Below, piece by piece: positions 18,861 through 26,515 of a DNA stretch of 35,646 nt. The notes beneath the pieces are model-generated. The model saw only the letters and a list, made by a program, of their open reading frames with translations, was not told where the DNA came from and searched no databases. Within the stretch, counting starts at the first letter, position 1. Each line of letters opens with the position of its first letter. Source of the DNA: an uncultured bacterium. GTDB taxonomy: Bacteria > Fidelibacterota > Marinisomatia > Marinisomatales > UBA1611. The stretch is from contig CAXFCD010000214.1 in NCBI GenBank assembly GCA_964001155.1, forward strand, positions 1 through 35,646. Reading direction: 5' to 3'. The translations under genes were made by a program, and so were the position numbers.

Positions 18861-19874
18861 TTACCTCTCTTTTTTATCTTGTATCAATTGATCAAGTTTT
18901 TGACGCATGCGCCTAATTTCACCCAAAAGCGCTTCTCTTTGATTATGGTCTTTAATCTCCCGGGCAGGGAATCCCGCATATACTTTACCGCCTTCCAAAG
19001 ATTTTGTTACCCCGGATTTGGCTGCGAAGGTAGAATTTGAGCCTATTGTTACATGAGGCGCAACACCCACTTGTCCTGCGAATGTGCAATAATCTCCGAT
19101 CTCTGAACTCCCGGCTATAGCAAATGCCGCTGTGATCAGGCACCCTTTCCCTATCTTTACATTATGGGCGATATGAACCAGGTTATCAAGTTTAGTCATA
19201 TCGCCAATGGTAGTGGTGCCGATGGTGGCTCTGTCAATGACACAATTCGATCCAATTTCCACATCATGACCAATAGTCACATTACCGGTTTGTGGAATTT
19301 TTTCATGAACACCATTTTCGGTCACAAAACCAAACCCGTCACAACCGATGGCCGTCCCGCTGTGAATAATAGCATTATCACCTATCACTGTGTCATGATA
19401 AATCGTTACATTGGCTTTTATGTGGCAATATTTTCCTAAGGATGCGTGAGCACCTATAACGGTATTTGCCCCAATACTTGAACCGTCACCAATTACAGTG
19501 CCAGGCTCAATAACTGCGCCGGGATCTATGGATACATTTTTACCGATAGATGCTGTGGGGTCAATGATTGCCCGTGAATGGATAAATGCCTCAGTTTTTG
19601 GTTCTGGAAAAAACAGGTTTAATGTTTTGGCCATAGCCAACTGGGGATTGGGAACAAGAATGCCGGGGAAACCGTCCAAATAAGTTTCATCATTAACAAA
19701 GACTGCTGCTGCCCGGGATTTGGTTAAAAATTTTTTATACTTCGGATTCCCCAGAAATGTAATGGTCCCGGGCGTACTTTTTTGGATCTCTGAGACACCG
19801 GTGACAGTCAAATCAGGGTCTCCATGTACTTCTCCACCCACATAGGCAGCAATCTCACTGAGCGTGAGTTCCAA
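18861..19874 (-). CDS. lpxD: UDP-3-O-(3-hydroxyacyl)glucosamine N-acyltransferase
   Basis: ITFLGNPKY, hexapeptide repeats, DGFGF, KIPQTGNV, IDRAT and KLDNLVHIAHNV. TTG start. Confidence 0.96.
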   Translation of the reverse strand: MELTLSEIAAYVGGEVHGDPDLTVTGVSEIQKSTPGTITFLGNPKYKKFLTKSRAAAVFVNDETYLDGFPGILVPNPQLAMAKTLNLFFPEPKTEAFIHSRAIIDPTASIGKNVSIDPGAVIEPGTVIGDGSSIGANTVIGAHASLGKYCHIKANVTIYHDTVIGDNAIIHSGTAIGCDGFGFVTENGVHEKIPQTGNVTIGHDVEIGSNCVIDRATIGTTTIGDMTKLDNLVHIAHNVKIGKGCLITAAFAIAGSSEIGDYCTFAGQVGVAPHVTIGSNSTFAAKSGVTKSLEGGKVYAGFPAREIKDHNQREALLGEIRRMRQKLDQLIQDKKER

Positions 19875-19880
19875 ATCGGT

Positions 19881-20408
19881 TTATTTCTCCGTGTCTAAAT
19901 TCCGGAGTTCGTGCAAAACGTCGTCTGTCATATCGTATTTTGCCTTAAAATAAAGTAGACCGACAGAGGCATCTATAATGTAGTCAAAACCACCGTCAAT
20001 GGCGACTTTATCAACTGCTTTTTTAACTTTGCCCAAAATTTCATATTCCAATTGAGCTTGTTTTCTCATAAGCTCACCTTGTGGCCCAATTTTCTCAGCT
20101 TGGTAATTTTGGATCTGCTTTTCCATTTGTTCCATTTCTTGACGAATGCTTTCACCCTTGTCCAGAGCCATGAGTCGTTTTACTTCATAATCCTGTCTCA
20201 GGCTATCCATTTTCAGGCCCATTTGTTCAAACTCAAACTGGACTTTCCTGTATTCCAGTTGTAATTGAGATTCTGCTTCTTTGAACTCTTCATATTCGGT
20301 CCGGATTCTTTCTGATAAAATATATCCGATTTTCAATTGGGCTGAGGCCATAGAGGCCATCCCCATAAAGGTTAAAATAAAGAGTATGTTACGAAAGGAT
20401 CCTTTCAC
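19881..20408 (-). CDS. skp: Periplasmic chaperone Skp/OmpH
   Basis: Signal peptide ending ASA-Q, KIGY, a coiled-coil body, GFDYIID and YDMTDDVL. GTG start at 20408 preceded by AAGGAG; lies downstream of bamA. Confidence 0.88.
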   Translation of the reverse strand: MKGSFRNILFILTFMGMASMASAQLKIGYILSERIRTEYEEFKEAESQLQLEYRKVQFEFEQMGLKMDSLRQDYEVKRLMALDKGESIRQEMEQMEKQIQNYQAEKIGPQGELMRKQAQLEYEILGKVKKAVDKVAIDGGFDYIIDASVGLLYFKAKYDMTDDVLHELRNLDTEK

Positions 20409-20425
20409 GGTTATCTCCTTGTTTA

Positions 20426-22834
20426 TCAAAATTGTTGTCCAAAGGTCAGGGTGGTTTTCCATCCCGGTTCCAGTTCACCATTCCGGTTGACTCGGTCAAA
20501 TCCATAGCCGATGTCAAAGCCAAGCATCCCGATCATGGGCATAAAAAAGCGAATTCCAGCGCCAGCTGAACGTTTCATGTCAAAAGGTCCATTGCGGGGA
20601 AGACTCAGTCTTTCCATCAAATCCGTGGAAGACCAAACATTACCCATTTCAGCAAAAACCAGCCCGTAAACTACAGGATTTTCTGCAAAAGGCACTCGGA
20701 ATTCTGTCCCGAATTTAACCATGGTATTTCCCCCTATGGGGCTCCCATTTGATGTAAGCGGTCCCACACGATTATCATCGTAGCCACGTAAAGGATTACC
20801 GTATGGAATGCCATTCCCACCCATGATAAAGCGGTCATTCCAGGGGATAAAGGAGCGGCCATCTCTCAGTGCAGGCAATTCTTTCACCACACCGATCTTC
20901 ATAGAATTCATTAAAACAAATTTCCAAAAGGTTGGCGTGTACCATTCAAGATTTAAAACATGTTTATGAAAATTTTCCTGACCACCGAGTACCCAACCGG
21001 ACAGCATTGATTTCAGTGAAAACAAAGACCCCATGGTTGTGAATTCCGGATGGTCTCGGCTGTCCCGGCGAATCGTTTGAGAAAGATTAATACCGTCCGA
21101 AGTTTGGTATCCGCCAGCATAGCGGTCCAGATCTGCTTGGGAGGCTTCATACATTTTACGAACAATTTGAAACGACCATGTCCCTCGGAAAAAATCATCC
21201 GGCCATTTGAAAATTCGGCCCCAGGTAACTGAAGTACCTGCCATGGTATAATCAATAGGCGCAGAGTACATGGAAGAGCCACCGCGAAACGTATAAAAAA
21301 TTGAACCGCCTAAAAGATTTTTGGTATCATTCACCATGGGATCTGTAAAACTGAGACTGGCTGATCGATATTTAGGTCTATTTTGGTTTTGGTAGTAGGG
21401 ACTGTAGCCAACATTGGTCCCCACATTAAAACTCAAATTTAAACTTTGGCCTTTCCCTCTGAAATTTGGTAATGCCAAACCGCCGCCGCCGGTCATGCCA
21501 AAAGATTGACTGTAGCCCATGTTAGCATTGGCCTGGCCCGCGGGTTTTTCTTCCACGGTGATTTCCAAGTCCACTTTATCTTCTGCCACAGGCACCACAT
21601 CAGGGACAACATTGGCAAAGAAATTCAGCATCATCACCTCACGGTGACTTCGCATTAGTCGTTGGCGGTTAAACACATCACCGGGGAAAACACGTAATTG
21701 ACGCCGAATTACATTTTCCCGAGTTCGGGTGTTACCTTTGATGGCGATGTGGTTGATATAAACTTTATGGTTTTCTGTGATTACAAAATGGATATCCAGC
21801 GAATCTTCCCCCACAGGCGTGATCGCAGGATCGATGCGGCTGTAGATATACCCACGGTCCATATACAATCCCTGGACACGGTCAAACACAGCCATGTTGA
21901 AATCTTCATCGCTGTATTGATCCCCTTTTTCCAAACTTAGGGCACGCTGCAGGATGTCTTCTTCAAACAAGGTCATACCTTCCCAAGAAAAATTGCGATA
22001 TTTATACTGTGGCCCTTCTTCCACGGACACAACCAAATTCAGCTTCTTTTTATCATCACTGTACCGGACTGAATCACTTATAACTCTAAAATCACGATAG
22101 CCCTTATTTCTGTAAAAAGTAGCAACGAGATTTAAATCTTCATCAAATTTTTTCTTATCAAAGGTTGATCGCCAAAACAGGTACCATCGTTGCTGCTTTG
22201 TTTCTTTCATTTTCCAGCGGAGACGAAAGTCAGAAAAAGATTCATTCCCTTCAAAAATAATTTTACCGATTTTTATTTTATTATTTTCACGGATATGAAA
22301 CACAACATCGCGTACCAAGTCTTTTGCCTTACCATCGAAAAGCGTTGATTCCTCTTCGGGGACTTCAAGCACCGGTTCCACTTCTGCGTTTAAGTATCCT
22401 TTTTCAGCATACAAATTTTTTATTATTTTAGCTGTTTCGTGGAGTGTGTTCGGTTTAAGTCTTTGTCCTTTTGCCAAAGAGATTTCATCTTCGAACTTTC
22501 GATCTTTTAATTTTTTGTTACCCTCGTAAGACAAATCACCCAGAATAAAATTTTCTTTCACCACCACTGTGATTGAAAGCCCTTCCGGTGTTTCTTCATC
22601 ATATCGGATTTGGATATCCTGAAAGAGTCCCAATTGCCATAGCCGTTTGACCGCACGTGGAAAATCTGAGGGGGAAATGGTTTGTCCTTCCCGAAGTCCG
22701 GATGTAAAAATGACTGTATTCTCAGAAGAGACTACATTGCCTTCAACGCCTACGTTCACCAATTTTATTTCATCCGGAAGTCCTTGCCCAACACCAAGGG
22801 AAAGAATAAAGAAAAGAATAAATAATTTTTTCAT
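20426..22834 (-). CDS. bamA: Outer membrane protein assembly factor BamA
   Basis: Signal peptide, POTRA repeats (GNTRTRENVIRRQL), LRGY in the loop-6 motif, SAGAGIRFFMP.IG.LGFD.GYGFD and a terminal Phe. Confidence 0.97.
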   Translation of the reverse strand: MKKLFILFFILSLGVGQGLPDEIKLVNVGVEGNVVSSENTVIFTSGLREGQTISPSDFPRAVKRLWQLGLFQDIQIRYDEETPEGLSITVVVKENFILGDLSYEGNKKLKDRKFEDEISLAKGQRLKPNTLHETAKIIKNLYAEKGYLNAEVEPVLEVPEEESTLFDGKAKDLVRDVVFHIRENNKIKIGKIIFEGNESFSDFRLRWKMKETKQQRWYLFWRSTFDKKKFDEDLNLVATFYRNKGYRDFRVISDSVRYSDDKKKLNLVVSVEEGPQYKYRNFSWEGMTLFEEDILQRALSLEKGDQYSDEDFNMAVFDRVQGLYMDRGYIYSRIDPAITPVGEDSLDIHFVITENHKVYINHIAIKGNTRTRENVIRRQLRVFPGDVFNRQRLMRSHREVMMLNFFANVVPDVVPVAEDKVDLEITVEEKPAGQANANMGYSQSFGMTGGGGLALPNFRGKGQSLNLSFNVGTNVGYSPYYQNQNRPKYRSASLSFTDPMVNDTKNLLGGSIFYTFRGGSSMYSAPIDYTMAGTSVTWGRIFKWPDDFFRGTWSFQIVRKMYEASQADLDRYAGGYQTSDGINLSQTIRRDSRDHPEFTTMGSLFSLKSMLSGWVLGGQENFHKHVLNLEWYTPTFWKFVLMNSMKIGVVKELPALRDGRSFIPWNDRFIMGGNGIPYGNPLRGYDDNRVGPLTSNGSPIGGNTMVKFGTEFRVPFAENPVVYGLVFAEMGNVWSSTDLMERLSLPRNGPFDMKRSAGAGIRFFMPMIGMLGFDIGYGFDRVNRNGELEPGWKTTLTFGQQF

Positions 22835-23586
22835 TATAAACTGTTTACTTGTTCACTCACTTTACCGAACCGTCTCTCCCGTGCTTGAAAATCCAAAATG
22901 GCTTCCATAAGCTCATTTTCCCGAAATGCCGGCCAAAAAGTATCTGTCATAAAAATTTCTGTGTAAGCGCTTTGCCATAATAAAAAATTGCTCAACCGGC
23001 ATTCGCCACTTGTTCGGATTAAAAGATCAGGATCAGGCATATTGGCTGTTGAAAGCGATTCGGAGAAAATAGTTTCATCAATTTCATCTGTTTCTAATTC
23101 TCCATCTTTCACTTTCTCTGCTAACATTTGAACAGCGTTCACCATTTCTTGACGACTCCCATAATTCAACGCTAAGCAAAGATTCAATCCAGAATTGTTT
23201 TTAGTAATCTCAACACCATCCAAAATTCCTTTTTGGGTTGATTTTGGTAACATGGATAATTCACCGATTGTCGTAAATAGAACGTTGTTTTTGTGGAGTT
23301 CTTTAACCTCAATTCCAATTGTTTTTAACAACAATTTCATGAGGGCACTCACTTCTGCTTCTGGTCGATTCCAATTCTCCGTGGAAAATGTGTAGAGCGT
23401 AAGGTGCTTCACACCTATTTCACCACAAACACGGGTGATTTCCCGAACGGAATTGATTCCCTCCTTATGTCCTGCAACTCTGGGCAAAGAACGCTCTTTG
23501 GCCCAGCGGCCGTTGCCGTCCATGATAATTGCGATGTGTTTGGGGATATGCCCTTCCAGGGCACGTTCACGTAAAGATTTTGTCAT
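22834..23586 (-). CDS. uppS: Undecaprenyl diphosphate synthase
   Basis: HIAIIMDGNGRWA, YTFSTENWNRP, ALNYGSRQE, DLLIRTSGE.RLSNFLLWQ and RERRFG. Confidence 0.98.
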   Translation of the reverse strand: MTKSLRERALEGHIPKHIAIIMDGNGRWAKERSLPRVAGHKEGINSVREITRVCGEIGVKHLTLYTFSTENWNRPEAEVSALMKLLLKTIGIEVKELHKNNVLFTTIGELSMLPKSTQKGILDGVEITKNNSGLNLCLALNYGSRQEMVNAVQMLAEKVKDGELETDEIDETIFSESLSTANMPDPDLLIRTSGECRLSNFLLWQSAYTEIFMTDTFWPAFRENELMEAILDFQARERRFGKVSEQVNSL

Positions 23587-23712
23587 TTATACTAAAGAAA
23601 AAAGCGGGCGAAATTACCGATTGGTTCCCACGGAAACAACTGAGTTACCTTGTCCAATATTTCACTGATTTTGTCATGGTACGACGGAAATATTTTCCGG
23701 TTCCGAATTCAA

Positions 23713-24819
23713 TTAATCAATTGTAGATAATAATGTTTGAGCTATTTGATGATAGATTTTACCTATAGGAGATTCCGGGCTGCTTTCAGCGATGGGTGTA
23801 CCCGAATCAGTGGCAGTCATAATATCGGCTGAAATTGGAATTTTGCCTAAAAGGGGAACGCCTAATCTTTCGCTTTCTTTCATTCCGCCACCAGTTTTAA
23901 ATAGATCCATGGTTAAGCTAAAATTGCCCGAATCATCAACTGAAACCGATTCGCCATTCAGTGAAAGCGAAGATATATCCCCTTCCACGGTCCCTTCTAA
24001 AGCTAAACCGGACATATTTTCCACAACACCTAAAACCGGCGTGTTTACTTTACGGAACATGTCTGCGCCTTTTCGTACATCTGCCAGAGCAATATCCTGA
24101 GGGGTGGTAACAATCACCGCGCCGGACATTTTTAACTTTTGTGTGAGAGTCAATTGCACATCTCCAGTTCCAGGTGGTAGATCCAGAATCATTACATCCA
24201 ACTCACCCCAAGCCACATCCCTGAAAAATTGTTCTGTCATACGAGAGACCAATGGCCCGCGCCAAATCACCGGTGTATCATTCCCGCTGATGAATCCAAA
24301 ACTCATGACTTCCATGCCAAACTTTTGGAGCGGGACTAACTTTTTGTCTTGGGTCATTTGGGGTTGTTCATTAATCCCTAAAACGATGGGAAGCGATGGC
24401 CCGTAAATATCCAAATCCAACAATCCAACTTTCTTGCCTTGTCTAGCCATGGCACAAGCCAAGTTTGCAGCAACAGTAGATTTTCCCACACCGCCTTTTC
24501 CACTGGCAACTGCAATCACATGCTTTACATTTTCTAAAATTGCCGGTGGTGCTTGTTGGGGTTGTGCCGGTGCGGCCTGCTGTGGTGCATCGGCAGAGAG
24601 TTCTACATTCACAGCTTTGAAGTGTCCGGAAAGTTCTTTTTTAACTGCTGAAATTACTTCCTGTTTTTTTTCTTCATTTTGGGATGTAATATTCAGGTGA
24701 ACGGTAACGATGTCGCCATCAACTGAAACATCCTTTACCATCCCAAAAGACACAATATCCCTGGAAAAACCGGGATAGTTAATTGATTTTAAATGGTCTA
24801 AAATGTGATCTTTATTCAT
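23713..24819 (-). CDS. mrp: Mrp/ApbC/NBP35 family P-loop ATPase with an N-terminal DUF59-like domain; CxxC motif absent
   Basis: VASGKGGVGKST, DLDIYGPS, WRGP, DLPPGTGD, VTTPQ and ENMS. Start set at MNKDH (24819). Confidence 0.93.
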   Translation of the reverse strand: MNKDHILDHLKSINYPGFSRDIVSFGMVKDVSVDGDIVTVHLNITSQNEEKKQEVISAVKKELSGHFKAVNVELSADAPQQAAPAQPQQAPPAILENVKHVIAVASGKGGVGKSTVAANLACAMARQGKKVGLLDLDIYGPSLPIVLGINEQPQMTQDKKLVPLQKFGMEVMSFGFISGNDTPVIWRGPLVSRMTEQFFRDVAWGELDVMILDLPPGTGDVQLTLTQKLKMSGAVIVTTPQDIALADVRKGADMFRKVNTPVLGVVENMSGLALEGTVEGDISSLSLNGESVSVDDSGNFSLTMDLFKTGGGMKESERLGVPLLGKIPISADIMTATDSGTPIAESSPESPIGKIYHQIAQTLLSTID

Positions 24820-24831
24820 TGGAAATAATGC

Positions 24832-24860
24832 AAAAAAAACGGCTGCCAAATGACAGCCGC
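24832..24860 (-). terminator. Intrinsic terminator after the ferredoxin gene
   Basis: The - strand reads GCGGCTGTCA-TT-TGGCAGCCGT followed by a T-run, about 26 nt after the ferredoxin stop. Confidence 0.8.
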
Positions 24861-24886
24861 TTCTTATTTAAAATTAAATAATTCAA

Positions 24887-25192
24887 TTAACCCGCGTAAT
24901 CGCGGCCAAACCATTCATAATTGATTTTAATGTATTTATTCCATTCATCCGGAACTTCACTTTCTTCAAAAATGGCTTCTACGGGACATTCCGGTTCGCA
25001 AGCGCCACAATCGATACATTCTTCCGGATCAATATAAAGTGAATCTTCATCCTTTGGAACAAAATCGTCAGCTTTTGCTTCAGCGCCGGCACCTTCTTTA
25101 TCATAAGGTCCGTGGATACAATCCACCGGGCAAACTTCTACACAAGCGGTATCACAGGTTCCTACACAGGGTTCACAAATAATATATGTCAT
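24887..25192 (-). CDS. Dicluster ferredoxin of the FdxA (7Fe) type
   Basis: C....D.ACVEVCPVDCIH and LYIDPEECIDCGACEPECPVEAI; acidic; AAGGAG ribosome-binding site. Confidence 0.92.
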   Translation of the reverse strand: MTYIICEPCVGTCDTACVEVCPVDCIHGPYDKEGAGAEAKADDFVPKDEDSLYIDPEECIDCGACEPECPVEAIFEESEVPDEWNKYIKINYEWFGRDYAG

Positions 25193-25220
25193 CGTCGTAC
25201 TCCTTTACGATAATGTTAAA

Positions 25221-25292
25221 ATCTTGGTTCCAAAACAAGATACAATTTAAAGGGAAAAATCACGTGTCAAAAACGTTTTGGGATTAATTTCG
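25221..25292. promoter_or_regulatory. Divergent ferredoxin/MFS promoter region
   Basis: The - strand has TTGACA (25270-25265), a 15-nt spacer and TAAATT. Palindrome ATCTTG-N9-CAAGAT at 25221-25241. The + strand has TAATTTCG at 25285-25292 before the MFS gene. Confidence 0.45.
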
Positions 25293-25306
25293 GCGCTTAT
25301 TTGATC

Positions 25307-26506
25307 ATGGAGAATCTCCCACAAAAGAAAAATCTAACTCTTCTCTGGGTTGCTCAGGCGATTTCCCAAGCTGGTGATGCGATTTACCAACTTGCCCTTC
25401 TATGGCTTGTTTTGGACTTGACAAATTCTCCAATTATCACAGGACTCATCGCCATGAGCGCTTATTTGCCTGCATTAATCTTCGGGCTGTTTGCAGGCGT
25501 TTTTTCAGACCGGATGAACCGATTCCGTCTCATGATTATTGCCAATGCAGGACAGGCACTGACTGTACTTTTGATTCCCTTCTTTTTATGGCATGGCCAC
25601 AGTAATGTTTGGGTCATTTGCGGGCTTGCATTTTTAAGAAGTTGTTTCAATACATTTTTTCAACCTGCGCTTCAGTCATTTATTCCCATGATGTTTCCTG
25701 AAGATCGCTTGGTAAAAATTAATGCCATTCTCGCAACATCTGGACAAATTGCATGGATGATGGGCCCGTTTTTTGCGGGTGTTTTGTTGACAATTGTTTC
25801 CCTCCCAAATCTATTTTTGGTGGATGCAGGTTCATTTTTATTGGCCATTGGATTTTTGTTTTTGATCCACCAACCTCTGCATCCCAAACAACCGGAAGAG
25901 CATAGTCACTGGGATGAGTTGAAACGAGGTTTATCATATCTATTTCAGAAAAAACCAATTTTCTGGATGATCATCATCACCTTCATTAATAATCTATTCA
26001 TCATGGGGCCTGCCATTGTTGGGTTGCCCATTTTAGTTAAAATCGCTTTGGGAGGTACCGCTTCAGATTTTGCATTTGTTGAAGGATGTATGGCAGCAGG
26101 CGCTTTGGTGGGATCATTCATTGTATCCAAGCTTCATGGAATTTTAAAAAACGGTACCATTTGGGCCATTGGATTATTTTTGGATGGAATCACCTATTCA
26201 TTCCTGTTTTGGGTTCAATCTGTGGAAATGGCCATGATCATGATTTTTTTACATGGAATTGGAATCCCACTCATCATGGTAAGCAGAACATCCATTGTAC
26301 AAATCCATACACCGAATGAATTTCACGGACGGCTGTTTTCCATTGTTCATTTAGGTGTGGTTGGCACCACCGCCATCTCTTCCGGGTTGGTGGGTGTCAT
26401 TTCGTCTATCATTTCAATTAAACTTTTATTCTTCGGGATTGGATGTGGCGCTGCGTTGTGCGGTGTGATTGGACTCACCGTTCCATCTCTTCGAAATATC
26501 CGGTAA
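25307..26506 (+). CDS. MFS transporter, resembling the DHA3/macrolide-efflux-like class
   Basis: About 12 hydrophobic segments, W.AQ.IS..GD, motif A GVFSDRMNRFRLM, F.PA and P.EF.GR.FS. Start is ATG 25307 or TTG 25301. Confidence 0.9.
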   Translation: MENLPQKKNLTLLWVAQAISQAGDAIYQLALLWLVLDLTNSPIITGLIAMSAYLPALIFGLFAGVFSDRMNRFRLMIIANAGQALTVLLIPFFLWHGHSNVWVICGLAFLRSCFNTFFQPALQSFIPMMFPEDRLVKINAILATSGQIAWMMGPFFAGVLLTIVSLPNLFLVDAGSFLLAIGFLFLIHQPLHPKQPEEHSHWDELKRGLSYLFQKKPIFWMIIITFINNLFIMGPAIVGLPILVKIALGGTASDFAFVEGCMAAGALVGSFIVSKLHGILKNGTIWAIGLFLDGITYSFLFWVQSVEMAMIMIFLHGIGIPLIMVSRTSIVQIHTPNEFHGRLFSIVHLGVVGTTAISSGLVGVISSIISIKLLFFGIGCGAALCGVIGLTVPSLRNIR

Positions 26507-26515
26507 ACTTTCTCT

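Noticed and set aside
16664-19874. Periodic sequence in lpxA and lpxD
   Set aside because: Explained by the hexapeptide repeats of left-handed beta-helix acyltransferases.
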